From Thermoproteota archaeon (GTDB lineage: Archaea > Korarchaeota > Korarchaeia > Korarchaeales > Korarchaeaceae): a stretch of 64,000 bases of DNA. The notes beneath the pieces were generated by a model, which worked only from the letters and a program-made list of their open reading frames with translations, ran no database searches and was not told the origin of the DNA. Where the stretch lies: the NCBI GenBank assembly GCA_027492205.1, contig JAOZFN010000012.1:1-64000 (forward strand), in the 5' to 3' direction. A program made the position numbers and the translations under genes. Below, piece after piece: positions 37,585 through 47,341 of this stretch; positions within the stretch are counted from its first letter, which is position 1, and the number at the start of each line of letters is the position of its first letter.

Positions 37585-38541
37585 CTAAGGTCTGAGGAGC
37601 ACCACCCTCTTGGAGCGGCTCCTGACGATCTCGAGGAGTCTGGGGAGGTCTCTCTCGAGCAAGGTGAATCCGGCGGCGTTCGGATGACCTCCTCCCCCGA
37701 ACGACCTGGCTATCTCGAGAGCGTCTATGGGCCCGCCGCGTCGAGATCTCAGGGACACGCGCGAGTCGTTGCCCCTCCACCTCCCAAGCGTGACGATCAG
37801 GTCGACTCGATCCCGAAGGGCCTGGTGTATCAGGGGGGACAAATAGCCCGGAATTCTCCTGGCGTCCACGACGGCGACCAGCCCGGCAGGTCCAGCGTCT
37901 CCGACGCGCGACGGCAGCGACGATATCCACCTTATCTCCTCCGAGTTCACCCTCTCAACCTCGGCCCAAGCTCTCTTGACCTCTGGAATCTCCAGCAGCT
38001 CCTCCTCTCGCTCGGGTCTGAGCTCCAAGAGGGATCTCACAATGGAGCCCAGGACCCGATCTCTCTTGCCCGTCCAGAATATCCTCTTGACGGCAGACGT
38101 GAAGGCGGCGGCGCAGAAGCCCACGTCTCCCGAGTCAACCCTGGACGTCAGCTCCACGAGCCCTCCCAGTTCTGGAACGTCTATCCTGCCAGCGAACTCT
38201 CTCCATATCACGCTCGCAGCCGACGGGGCCCTCGGATCGAGGATCGCCACCTCGGCCCTCTCCCGCGCCAGATCCACGTTGGACTGATGGTGATCGAAAA
38301 GGATCAGGCTGCCGCCAGCGGGCGGAGGCAGGTCGGCGACCACGTGAAAGCTCTTCCGAGACCTCTGAGCCCTGTCCGGGCTCTCAAACCTCATGCTCAC
38401 CTCGCCCCCCAGCGCGGCGTAGATCAGGGCGGCGGATACCAGCCCGTCCAAGTCCTCCCCGTGAGAGAGAACTGAGTACGGCGGATCCACGCTCGCGGTG
38501 AGCCAGTCCAGGATCTCGACGCCGCGAGGGGGCAAGGCCAA
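37585..38541 (-). CDS. DHH/DHHA1 phosphoesterase (NrnA-like)
   Basis: SHGEDLDG, VADL, FDHH, VSLRS, FGGGGHPNAAG. Confidence 0.88.
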   Translation of the reverse strand: MALPPRGVEILDWLTASVDPPYSVLSHGEDLDGLVSAALIYAALGGEVSMRFESPDRAQRSRKSFHVVADLPPPAGGSLILFDHHQSNVDLARERAEVAILDPRAPSAASVIWREFAGRIDVPELGGLVELTSRVDSGDVGFCAAAFTSAVKRIFWTGKRDRVLGSIVRSLLELRPEREEELLEIPEVKRAWAEVERVNSEEIRWISSLPSRVGDAGPAGLVAVVDARRIPGYLSPLIHQALRDRVDLIVTLGRWRGNDSRVSLRSRRGGPIDALEIARSFGGGGHPNAAGFTLLERDLPRLLEIVRSRSKRVVLLRP

Positions 38542-38607
38542 CTCCTCCGCGGCCGGTCCAGCGCGCGGGGTAAAAATAGTTCGCGTGGGTCACCGGCCGG
38601 GAATCGC

Positions 38608-39057
38608 ATGGGGAGAAAGGTGCTGGTCGCCGGAACCTTCGACATCCTCCACCCCGGCCACGCCAGAATGCTTCAGCACGCCAAGAAGCTCGCCGGACCC
38701 GACGGAGAGCTGGTCGTAGTCGTCGCGAGAGACGCGAACGTGAGGGTGTTCAAGGGGAGGGAGCCCATTCTCCCGGAGGAGGAGAGGGTGTTCATGGTCT
38801 CCTGCCTGAAGCCCGTTGACAGGGCCATCCTGGGGGATCCAGAAGATCCACTAGCCACGGTGGAGAGGGAGAGGCCGGATATCGTCGCGCTGGGGTATGA
38901 CCAGTGGCCGGACGAGGACTGGATCAGGGGCGAGCTGAAGAGGAGGGGCCTGGACTGTGAAGTCGTGAGGCTGCCGAAGTTCGGATCCCCGCACAACTCC
39001 ACAACCGACATAGTTCGTCGAATAGTCGAGGTGTTCTGCGGGGGGGCGCCCTCATAG
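38608..39057 (+). CDS. ribL: FAD synthase (archaeal cytidylyltransferase family)
   Basis: GTFDILHPGH, VVVARD, PDIVALGYDQ, STTDI. Confidence 0.85.
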   Translation: MGRKVLVAGTFDILHPGHARMLQHAKKLAGPDGELVVVVARDANVRVFKGREPILPEEERVFMVSCLKPVDRAILGDPEDPLATVERERPDIVALGYDQWPDEDWIRGELKRRGLDCEVVRLPKFGSPHNSTTDIVRRIVEVFCGGAPS

Positions 39058-39096
39058 GAGGGTAAGACTATTATCGGCTCTCAGGGATCATTCGCT

Positions 39097-39162
39097 GGCG
39101 GCCGGGGCGGGTGCTGGCAGACCTCTGAGGGGCTTCGCCCTTGCGATTGACCCCCGGCCGCA
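39097..39162 (+). ncRNA. Candidate small structured RNA of unknown class
   Basis: Perfect 10-bp terminal stem GCGGCCGGGG(39098-107)/CCCCGGCCGC(39152-161), inner hairpin AGGGGC-TTC-GCCCTT, TATA-like ACTATTAT about 25 nt upstream. Confidence 0.4.
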
Positions 39163-39249
39163 ACCCCCTTCTTCAGGGCCCGCCCGAGATCAATGTTATT
39201 ATGGCACGGGCGGTGGACCAGCCCCAAGTCCGGCGGGAGGTGCGAGGAC

Positions 39250-40944
39250 CTGGGGAGGTGGATAGTGGCCAGCGCGTGGCCCTACGTCTACTCGCTCCCC
39301 CACCTGGGAAACCTGATAGGCGCCCCCCTCTCGGCCGACGTCTACGCTAGGTTCCTCAGGAGGAAGGGGGAGGAGGTCGTCTTCGTCTCCGGGAGCGACG
39401 AGCACGGCACCCCCATAGAGGCCGAGGCGCGCAGGAGGGGGATCCGGCCGAGGCAGCTGACCGACGAGATGCACGAGAAGATCTCCTCGCTGTTCGAGGC
39501 ATTCAGGATCAGCTACGACAACTACACCAGGACCGAGAGCCCCGTGCACGTTAGGTTCGTACAGGAGTTCTACTCCAGGGTCTACGAGAACGGGCACATA
39601 TTCGACGAAGAGATAGAGCAGCTCTACTGCGAGAACTGCGGCATATTTCTCCCCGACAGGTTCGTCGTGGGGACTTGCCCGTACTGCGGCAACCCGAAGG
39701 CCTACGGGGACCAGTGCGAGGTCTGCGGTAGACTCCTCACCCCGCTCGACCTCATCGGGCCAAAGTGCGCGTTCTGCGGGTCGACTCCAGTCGTTAAAAA
39801 GACGAGGCACTGGTTCTTCGACCTGCCGAAGTTCTCCGACGAGCTGAGAGAGTTCATAGAGCTGAACAAGAACTTCCCGGAGAACGCGAGGAACATGTCC
39901 CTTGCCATGATAAGGGAGGGCCTCAAGCCCAGGTCCGTCACGAGGGACAACGAGTGGGGCATCCCCGCGCCGTTCCCCGGGGCGGAGGGGAAGACCATAT
40001 ACGTCTGGATGGAGGCGGTCTTGGGCTACGTGTCGGCCGTGAAGGAGTGGGCCGAGAGGCGGGGGAAGCCCGAGCTGTTCGACGAGTTCTGGAAGGACCC
40101 CCAGACGAGGAGCGTGTACTTCATCGGGAAGGACAACATCCCGTTCCACACGATAATATTCCCCGCCCTCCTGATGGCCAGCGGCCAGGGCTACGTGCTT
40201 CCCTACAACGTCAGCTCCACCGAGTTCCTCATGTACGAGGGACAGAAGTTCTCCAAGTCCAAGGGCATCGGGATATGGATGGACGAGGCCCTCGAACTCC
40301 TGGAGGCGGACTACTGGAGGTACTACCTGATCGCCACCAGGCCGGAGACCAAGGACTCCAGCTTCGCGTGGGCCGACTTCGAGGCCAAGATCAACAACGA
40401 GCTCAACGACGTGCTGGGGAACTTCGTCCACCGCACCCTCACGTTCACGGCCAGCAGGTTTGGAGGTGAGGTCCCCGCCCTAGACCCCTCGGACGAGGAG
40501 GCAAGGTCCGCGATATCAAGGGCAGAGGAGCTGGCCGAGAGGGCCGAGGACAGCCTGTGGAGGTTCAGGATGAGGGAGGCCCTCGCAAGGGTAATGGACA
40601 TCGCCAGGGAGGGTAACGCCTTCCTCAACTCCAGGGCCCCCTGGGCAGACCTCAAGGAGGGCAGGGTCGAGAGGGCCGGGAGCACGATATCAGCCGCCCT
40701 CACGCTGGTGAAGGGCCTGGCGCACTACCTGGAGCCGTTCCTGCCCGACACGTCCGAGAGGCTTTGGGAGATGCTCAGGCTCGACGGCAGCCCCCACGAG
40801 GCCACCTGGGACCGCGCCTTCGAGCCCCTGCCTGAGGGGCACCGGATAGGGGATCCCAAGCCCCTGTTCAGAAAGGTGAAGAAAGAGGAACTCATCGAGA
40901 GGCTGGTGGAGGTCAGGGCTGCTCGGGCTCAACCCGAATCTTGA
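39250..40944 (+). CDS. metG: Methionine--tRNA ligase (short form without C-terminal tRNA-binding domain)
   Basis: SAWPYV..PHLGN, SGSDEHG, Zn knuckles CENC/CPYC/CEVC/CAFC, YVWMEA, GKDNIPFH, KFSKS; start proposed at CTG after GGAGGTG. Confidence 0.95.
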   Translation: MGRWIVASAWPYVYSLPHLGNLIGAPLSADVYARFLRRKGEEVVFVSGSDEHGTPIEAEARRRGIRPRQLTDEMHEKISSLFEAFRISYDNYTRTESPVHVRFVQEFYSRVYENGHIFDEEIEQLYCENCGIFLPDRFVVGTCPYCGNPKAYGDQCEVCGRLLTPLDLIGPKCAFCGSTPVVKKTRHWFFDLPKFSDELREFIELNKNFPENARNMSLAMIREGLKPRSVTRDNEWGIPAPFPGAEGKTIYVWMEAVLGYVSAVKEWAERRGKPELFDEFWKDPQTRSVYFIGKDNIPFHTIIFPALLMASGQGYVLPYNVSSTEFLMYEGQKFSKSKGIGIWMDEALELLEADYWRYYLIATRPETKDSSFAWADFEAKINNELNDVLGNFVHRTLTFTASRFGGEVPALDPSDEEARSAISRAEELAERAEDSLWRFRMREALARVMDIAREGNAFLNSRAPWADLKEGRVERAGSTISAALTLVKGLAHYLEPFLPDTSERLWEMLRLDGSPHEATWDRAFEPLPEGHRIGDPKPLFRKVKKEELIERLVEVRAARAQPES

Positions 40945-41671
40945 TCTCCACGCTCGCCCTGGCCAGGGGGTGCCCCGGGGCGCCGATCACCAGGCCGACC
41001 GAGTCCGTCACGTTGCTGGCGGTGGCGTTGGCGGGCACGGTCAGGGTCCAGCTGATGGTTGCCACGCCGTCCGGGCCGGTCTTCGCCGGGTTGGGCGTGA
41101 ACGTGGCGATCCCCGCCCCGCCGGCCATGGACTTCGCGAACACCAGGGCCCCCGCCACCGGCCTGCCCAGCTCGTTCCTCACGGTGACCGTGATCGTCGC
41201 CGAGACGTTCACCGACGTGTTGGCCTGGGAGTGGGCGACGACCTCCTCCGGGCTGACCTCCGCCCGCACCTGCAGCTCGCCGCCGTAGTAGACGGAGAAC
41301 GGGACCTCGGCCGTGACCTCCCTCCCCCCCACGGTGGCCACCACCCTGGCGACGTGGAGGCCCACCGAGTAGACCCCCTCCTCCAGGAAGACCTGAACCG
41401 AGGACTCCCTAGACCGCCCCAGATCGAACGCCTGCACCGGCTTAAGCTCCGGGCCCTGGAGTATCTCCAGCCTGGCGGTGGACGGGACCTCGTCGAACCT
41501 GACGGTGATGGTCACGTTTCCGTTCAGGGGGACGTCCTGAGGGTCGGCGATCACCTCCACGCCCGCGCCCCTCATCGCCAGCGGGGGTACCAGGAGCAGG
41601 AGGGCGAGCGCGACATTGAGGGCTAAGGCAAGCTGGAGCTTCCTGTTTCTGGCGAGGCTCACCGAACTCAC
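40913..41671 (-). CDS. Secreted/anchored Ig-like (Big_1-type) domain protein
   Basis: N-terminal hydrophobic LQLALALNVALALLLLV; VTVRNELGRPVAGALV..TGPDGVAT; N-x-S/T sequons. Confidence 0.65.
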   Translation of the reverse strand: MSSVSLARNRKLQLALALNVALALLLLVPPLAMRGAGVEVIADPQDVPLNGNVTITVRFDEVPSTARLEILQGPELKPVQAFDLGRSRESSVQVFLEEGVYSVGLHVARVVATVGGREVTAEVPFSVYYGGELQVRAEVSPEEVVAHSQANTSVNVSATITVTVRNELGRPVAGALVFAKSMAGGAGIATFTPNPAKTGPDGVATISWTLTVPANATASNVTDSVGLVIGAPGHPLARASVEIKIRVEPEQP

Positions 41672-41752
41672 GGGTCGGACCTGAGATCCCCCAAAATTAA
41701 GGTTGACCAGTGGGAACCGTTTTTTACCGCGGGTCCCAGGACAACACGACGG

Positions 41753-42874
41753 ATGTTGAGAGGACTCGGCGAGAAGTACGTGGGCGATCTGGAGCTGATA
41801 GAGAGCCCCCGCTACATATTCTTCGGCCCCGACGCCCTGAAGAAGACCAGCGAGACCCTGAGGTCGCTGGAACTCGAGGGGAAGGCCCTCATAGTGACGG
41901 GCGGGGAGCGCACCTCCAAGATAGCCTGGAGGCTGGGCGAGTTCATCGAGGGTGACGGGTACGAGTTCCACGTGCACCAGGTGACCTCCCGCCACCCCGA
42001 CGTCAGGGACGTGGAGGCGGCGTTCAAGAGACTCAGGGAGTTCGGCGCGGGATTCGTGATAGGGGTCGGCGGAGGCCGAGTGCTGGATGTGGCAAAGCTG
42101 ACCGCCCACTGGGCCGGCGTGAGGTACGTCAGCGTGCCGACCAGCGCGAGCCACGACGGGATAGCCTCTCCGTCCATTAGCTTCCTTCTGGCAGAGACCG
42201 TCAAGGCCGTCAAGGGAGAGAGGTGGGCGAAGCCCGAGTCTCCCACGGCTGTGATCGCCGACACGAGGGTGATAACCCAGGCCCCGGACGTCACGAGGAA
42301 GTCCGGCTTCGGCGACCTGGTCGCCAAGATAACGGCGGTTAGGGATTGGGAGCTGGCCCACAAGTTAAAGGACGAGCCGTACAGCGAGTATGCCGCCAGC
42401 ATGTCCCTCCTAAGCGCCCAGCTGGCCATGCAGCACGCCGAGGACATAAGGCCTGGGACGGAGGAGTCCACCAGGCTCCTGGTGAAGGCCCTCATAGGGA
42501 GCGGCGTCGCCATCAGCATAGCCGGCAGCAGCCGGCCTGCCAGTGGAAGCGAACACCTGTTCAGCCACGCCCTAGACAAGCTCGCGAGGGAGGAGGGATT
42601 CAGGAACGCGCCTCACGGCATACAGTGCGGCCTGGGCGCGATAATGATGGCCTACCTCCAGGGACAGGAATGGGAGAGAATAAGGGACAGCTTGAAGGCA
42701 GTCGGGGCTCCTGTGACCGCCGAAGAGGCCGGGCTCGATCCACACGTGGTCGTGAAGGCCCTCACAATCGCTCACACAATCAGGAAGAGGTACACAATCC
42801 TTGGAGAAACTGGACTCACCGAGAACGCCGCCAGGAAGCTTGCGATCAGGACGGGCGTCATCCGCCAGTTCTGA
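41753..42874 (+). CDS. egsA: sn-glycerol-1-phosphate dehydrogenase
   Basis: GVGGGRVLDVAK, VPTSASHDGIASP, SGFGD, SSRPASGSEHLFSHALD, HGIQC, RYTIL. Confidence 0.96.
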   Translation: MLRGLGEKYVGDLELIESPRYIFFGPDALKKTSETLRSLELEGKALIVTGGERTSKIAWRLGEFIEGDGYEFHVHQVTSRHPDVRDVEAAFKRLREFGAGFVIGVGGGRVLDVAKLTAHWAGVRYVSVPTSASHDGIASPSISFLLAETVKAVKGERWAKPESPTAVIADTRVITQAPDVTRKSGFGDLVAKITAVRDWELAHKLKDEPYSEYAASMSLLSAQLAMQHAEDIRPGTEESTRLLVKALIGSGVAISIAGSSRPASGSEHLFSHALDKLAREEGFRNAPHGIQCGLGAIMMAYLQGQEWERIRDSLKAVGAPVTAEEAGLDPHVVVKALTIAHTIRKRYTILGETGLTENAARKLAIRTGVIRQF

Positions 42875-42899
42875 GGCTTCCCGTACGCGCCGGCTCCGG

Positions 42900-44690
42900 T
42901 CAGACGTAGTATCGGCCTGAGGCTCTGGCCTCCACGTCCAGCCTAGAACCCGGCTTGTTAACCCTAGGCCTACCCGTCCTTGGATCTCTCCTGAACGTTA
43001 TGCCCACCTCACGCAGGAACTCGTTCATGCCCCTCTCCACCGGCATGGGGCTCGAGGCGTGCCCCTCAACCCCGGGATCCCCCGTGAAGAGGATTATGCG
43101 GTCCGCCAGCGCCTCTATGGTGATCAGGTCGTGCTCGACGACTATGGCGGCCCTGTCCTCGCCCTCGACCCTCCGCTTGATGGCCTTGGCGAGGGCCAGC
43201 CTCATCTCAACATCCAAGAAGGCGCTCGGCTCGTCCAAGAGGTAGATGTCGGCGTCCATCCCCAGCGTCGCCGCCACGGCCACCCTCTGGAGCTCCCCTC
43301 CGCTCAGCTCAGAGAGCCTGCGGTCCATCAGCCCGTCCACGCCGAGCCTGTGGAGGACCTCGGCCCTGAAGAAGCTCGAGCTCAGCTGTGAGCCCGCCAT
43401 CGACCTCAGAAGGGAGTAAACCGTGCCGTCCTGCTCCGGCCTGACGTACTGGGGCTTGTAGGCCACCTTGACGTCCTCGGCCAGGACCTCCCCGCTGGTG
43501 GGCTCTGTCGCCCCGGCAAGCATGGAGACGAACGTGGTCTTTCCTATGCCGTTGGGCCCGACGGCCACGACCACCTCCCCCGCCCTCAGCTCCCCGGGCT
43601 CCACGGTGAGCCGGAAGGCGGAGTCGTACTCCTTGGCGAGTCCGCTGTAGCTCACCAGCGGGGGGGTCTCCACCTTCCCGGCCGTCGACCTCCTGCCGAA
43701 TGAGATGCTGTACTCCCTGAACCTGACGTTGTCGTCCGGCAGGTAGCCGTCCAGGAAGATGTTGATGCCCTCCCTGGTCCCGTGGGGGTGGCTCACCACG
43801 CCGAACACGCCCCTCACGCCGTAGAGGATGTGGATGTAGTCGCTCAGGTAGTCGAGGACCGCCAGGTCGTGCTCGACCACCAGCACGCCCTTCCCGGCCT
43901 CCGCCAGGCCCCTGATCACGGACGCGATCCTCATCCTCTGGAAGACGTCCAGGTAGTTGCAGGGCTCGTCGAACATGTAGACGTCGGCCTCCTTCGAGGA
44001 GGCGGCGATCACTGCGACCCTCTGGAGCTCTCCCCCGCTCAGCTCAGAGAGCCTTCGATCCATGAGATCCGACAGGCCCAGCGTCTCCGCCAGCTCCCTC
44101 GCCACCCCCCTCTCGTCAGCCCTCTCCAGGGCCTCCCTCAGCGTTCCCGGGAAGGCCCTGGGAAGGAGGTCGATCCTCTCCGGCTTGTGGACCACCCTGA
44201 CCCGGCCGCCGGCCAGCCTCTCTAGGTAGTTCTGGATCTCGGTGCCGCGGAACCTCCTGATGACCTCGTCCCAGTCCAGCTCGGCGTGGGGGTCGCCCAG
44301 GTTGGGGACGAGCTCGCCCGACAGTATCCTCATGATCGTGGTCTTTCCTATGCCGTTGGGCCCGACGAGGCCCACGACGCCCCCCATCCTCACGATGGGG
44401 AGCCTGAACAGGACGAACCCGTTGACCCCGTACCTGTGGATCTCCTCCCCCTCGAGCGGGGCCGGCAGGTTGACTATGGACAGTGCGGAGAACGGGCACT
44501 TCTTGACGCAGATGCCGCAGCCCACGCACAGATCCTCGTCTATCACCAGGAAGCCGTCCTCCAACCTGATGGTGTCCTCCTCGCCTGCCCTGACGCGCGG
44601 GCAGAACTTGATGCACTCCTGGCCGCACTTCCTCGGGTTGCACCGATCCCTGTCGACCACCGCTATCCTTCTTGCGTCCACCGCCGGCAC
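42900..44690 (-). CDS. ABCE1/RLI ribosome recycling ATPase
   Basis: Two N-terminal 4Fe-4S motifs, two GPNGIGKT and LSGGELQR, TFRRDP..GRPRVNK..S..D. Confidence 0.97.
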   Translation of the reverse strand: MPAVDARRIAVVDRDRCNPRKCGQECIKFCPRVRAGEEDTIRLEDGFLVIDEDLCVGCGICVKKCPFSALSIVNLPAPLEGEEIHRYGVNGFVLFRLPIVRMGGVVGLVGPNGIGKTTIMRILSGELVPNLGDPHAELDWDEVIRRFRGTEIQNYLERLAGGRVRVVHKPERIDLLPRAFPGTLREALERADERGVARELAETLGLSDLMDRRLSELSGGELQRVAVIAASSKEADVYMFDEPCNYLDVFQRMRIASVIRGLAEAGKGVLVVEHDLAVLDYLSDYIHILYGVRGVFGVVSHPHGTREGINIFLDGYLPDDNVRFREYSISFGRRSTAGKVETPPLVSYSGLAKEYDSAFRLTVEPGELRAGEVVVAVGPNGIGKTTFVSMLAGATEPTSGEVLAEDVKVAYKPQYVRPEQDGTVYSLLRSMAGSQLSSSFFRAEVLHRLGVDGLMDRRLSELSGGELQRVAVAATLGMDADIYLLDEPSAFLDVEMRLALAKAIKRRVEGEDRAAIVVEHDLITIEALADRIILFTGDPGVEGHASSPMPVERGMNEFLREVGITFRRDPRTGRPRVNKPGSRLDVEARASGRYYV

Positions 44691-44706
44691 CCGCTCGGGG
44701 TTCGGC

Positions 44707-45306
44707 TCAGCGCTTTAGAATCTCTTCCCTCCCCATGTCGAAGGCCCGGAGGTTCAGCTCCAGGTACCTCCTCGGAGCCTCCTTCTCCAGCGCCCTCCTA
44801 AGGGCTCCCTCCTCGAACGGCAGCACTCCGAGGGCGTCCACGGCCCCAAGCAGGACCGAGTTCGTCACGACGATGTCGCCGGCCCTCTCGGCCACCTCCA
44901 CCGCGTTGAGCGCCTCGAGCCTCCTGGGCTCGAGGGTCTGCAGGGCCTCCAGGATCTCCTCGACCCTGGGGATCCTCTTCCTCTCGAGATAGGCGCCTAT
45001 AGGGGCCACCAGGTGGGTGTTCATTACTATCGAGGTCCTCTCGGTTATGTAGCTGGCGTACCTCAGGGCCTCTATGGGCTCCAGGGCGACCAGGAGGTCG
45101 AGAGTCCCCTCCATTATCAGCGGGCTCACCACGTCCCTTCCCATCCTGATCTCGGTCTTGATGGAACCGTACCTCTGGGCCAGGCCGTGGACCTCGCTCT
45201 GCACGAAGTTCAGCCCCGAGTCGAGGGCGGCGCGTGTGATCACCCGGCTGGAGAACAGGATGCCCTGCCCCCCGACGCCGGCTATGATGACGTTGAACTC
45301 GGACAC
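44707..45306 (-). CDS. iorB: Indolepyruvate:ferredoxin oxidoreductase beta subunit
   Basis: AGVGGQG, SEVHGLAQRYGS, ALEPIEALR, N..AF..G. Confidence 0.93.
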   Translation of the reverse strand: MSEFNVIIAGVGGQGILFSSRVITRAALDSGLNFVQSEVHGLAQRYGSIKTEIRMGRDVVSPLIMEGTLDLLVALEPIEALRYASYITERTSIVMNTHLVAPIGAYLERKRIPRVEEILEALQTLEPRRLEALNAVEVAERAGDIVVTNSVLLGAVDALGVLPFEEGALRRALEKEAPRRYLELNLRAFDMGREEILKR

Positions 45307-45307
45307 G

Positions 45308-47203
45308 TCAGACGCCAATCTTCTCACCCCTCCAATCCAGGGAGCCCTCCATCGGCTCTATCGCCCCGTACGGGCACACGTCGACGCAGGAGCCGCAGCC
45401 GAAGCACACGGTAGGATCTATCTCCACGACCTTGCCGGTGTCCACGAAGGCCGGGCAGGCGTAGGTGTTGATGCAGACCCTGCAGTAGGTGCACTTCTCC
45501 GGGTCGACGCGGTAGGGGACGATCTTGACGCCCTCCCTCCTCAGCCTCCTCACGGTGAGCAGGGCGCACTCCCTGCGCATTATCACGACGGACACTCCGT
45601 CGTGCTTCATGGCCTCCCTTACAGCGTTCTCGGCGGCCTTGAAGTCGAAGGGATCGACGACCTGAACGTGCTCCACGCCCAAGCCTCGCACCACCTTCTC
45701 TATGTCCAGTGCCGGCACCTCCTCGCCAGTGGCCGAGACCGGCACTCCTGGGTGCGGCTGGTGGCCCGTCATGGCGGTTATCCTGTTGTCGAGCACCACC
45801 AGGAGGAACTTCCTCTTGTGGTGCACCGCGTTGATCAGCGCCGGGATGCCCGCGTGGAAGAACGTGGAGTCCCCTATCAGGGCGACGGTCTTCTGGTCCG
45901 TGGCGAGGCTGATGCCGTTGGCGAAGCCAACCCCGGATCCCATGGCGTGGGTCACGTCTCCCAGGTTGAAGGGCCTCTGGAACAGGAGGGCGTAGCAGCC
46001 GATGTCGTTCAGGTAGACCGCAGTTCCGGCGGCGCGCCTTATCACGTAGCCCGAGGCCCTGTGCGGGCAGGCTGGGCACATCACCGGTGGCCTGCTCACG
46101 GCCAGCTCCAGCGCCGGCTTGGCCCTCTCCTCCAGGGCCGAGAAGTCGATCGGCGACGGCCTGCCAGTCACCCTCGATAGCGCTCCCACGACCAGCCTGA
46201 TGTTCAGCTCCCCGACCCTCGGCAGGAGTCCCTGGGCCTTCCCCAGTATCTCCACGTCCGGGGCGGTGTCCTTAGCTATCGCCTTGACTCTCTCCTCCAG
46301 GTACGGGTCGAGCTCCTCGACTATCAGAACCCTCTGGAGGCCGCGGAGGAACTCGCCGATCCTCTCCGCCGGCAGGGGGTTGGTCATGGTCAGCTTGAGT
46401 ATGGGGACGTCGAGCCCCATGGCCCTAGCGGCCTCGAGGACGTACGCGTAGGCCACTCCAGAGGTTATCACGCCAAGGTCCCCGCTCCCGCCCCTGACCT
46501 CCGCCAGCTCTGGGGCCAGCTCCCTCTCAATCCTGGTCAGCTTCTCCAGGAGCTCCCTGTGATGCTTCCTTGCTATGGCGCCGACCTGCACGTACCTGTC
46601 CGGCTCGGGGGGCTTGAACCTGCCCTTCCCCCTCCTCTCCCTGATCTCGCCCAGCCTCACGGGCGCCCTGGTGTGGCTTATCCTGGTGGTGGACCTGACC
46701 AGGAACGGCAGGGCGTACCTCTCCGAGAGGTCGAAGGCCCTGTACACCAGATCCTTGGCCTCCTGAGGCGTGGAGGGCTCGAGCATCGGCAGGCCCATTG
46801 CCACGGCGTAGTGCCTGTTGTCCTGCTCGTTCTGGCTGCTGTGGGCGTGGGGGTCGTCGGCGCTGACGACGACGAGCCCGCCTATGGTGCCCGCGTAGGT
46901 GAGCGTGAAGAGCGCGTCCGCCGCCACGTTCACGCCGACGTGCTTCATGAAGCACATGGCCCTCAGGCCGGACCACGCGGCGCCTATCGCAACCTCAGAG
47001 GCCACCTTTTCGTTGGTCGCCCACTCGAAGTGGAACCCCAGCTCTCTGGCGGCCTCCGCCAGGGTCTCTCCGATCTCGGTGCTGGGGGTCCCCGGGTAGG
47101 CCGCGGCCACGTCCAAACCGGCCTCTATGGCCCCCCTGGCAATCGCCTCGTTCCCAAGAAGTGGTACAATCGAACCAGGGGGGGAGAGAACCGCCTTTGA
47201 CAT
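45308..47203 (-). CDS. iorA: Indolepyruvate:ferredoxin oxidoreductase alpha subunit
   Basis: LGNEAIARG, YPGTPSTE, MKHVGVNVAAD, SSQNEQD, RPPVMCPACPH, GDSTFFHAG, AMTGHQ, two C-terminal 4Fe-4S motifs. Confidence 0.96.
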   Translation of the reverse strand: MSKAVLSPPGSIVPLLGNEAIARGAIEAGLDVAAAYPGTPSTEIGETLAEAARELGFHFEWATNEKVASEVAIGAAWSGLRAMCFMKHVGVNVAADALFTLTYAGTIGGLVVVSADDPHAHSSQNEQDNRHYAVAMGLPMLEPSTPQEAKDLVYRAFDLSERYALPFLVRSTTRISHTRAPVRLGEIRERRGKGRFKPPEPDRYVQVGAIARKHHRELLEKLTRIERELAPELAEVRGGSGDLGVITSGVAYAYVLEAARAMGLDVPILKLTMTNPLPAERIGEFLRGLQRVLIVEELDPYLEERVKAIAKDTAPDVEILGKAQGLLPRVGELNIRLVVGALSRVTGRPSPIDFSALEERAKPALELAVSRPPVMCPACPHRASGYVIRRAAGTAVYLNDIGCYALLFQRPFNLGDVTHAMGSGVGFANGISLATDQKTVALIGDSTFFHAGIPALINAVHHKRKFLLVVLDNRITAMTGHQPHPGVPVSATGEEVPALDIEKVVRGLGVEHVQVVDPFDFKAAENAVREAMKHDGVSVVIMRRECALLTVRRLRREGVKIVPYRVDPEKCTYCRVCINTYACPAFVDTGKVVEIDPTVCFGCGSCVDVCPYGAIEPMEGSLDWRGEKIGV

Positions 47204-47341
47204 ACTATCAGCTCCCCCGCGAGCCTCGGGGGGATTTGGTTTAAACTTTGAGCAATTTTTGGGGGCCCCGCCTCCCGGTGTCCGGATGGCTCCCACGCGG
47301 CCTCAGGCCGGGGCCCGATCCCTCTGACCTCTGGCACACGG

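Noticed and set aside
39070-39170. SAM-I riboswitch upstream of metG (GGTGCT and GCAACC words present)
   Set aside because: The words occur in the wrong order and the P1/P2 architecture is absent
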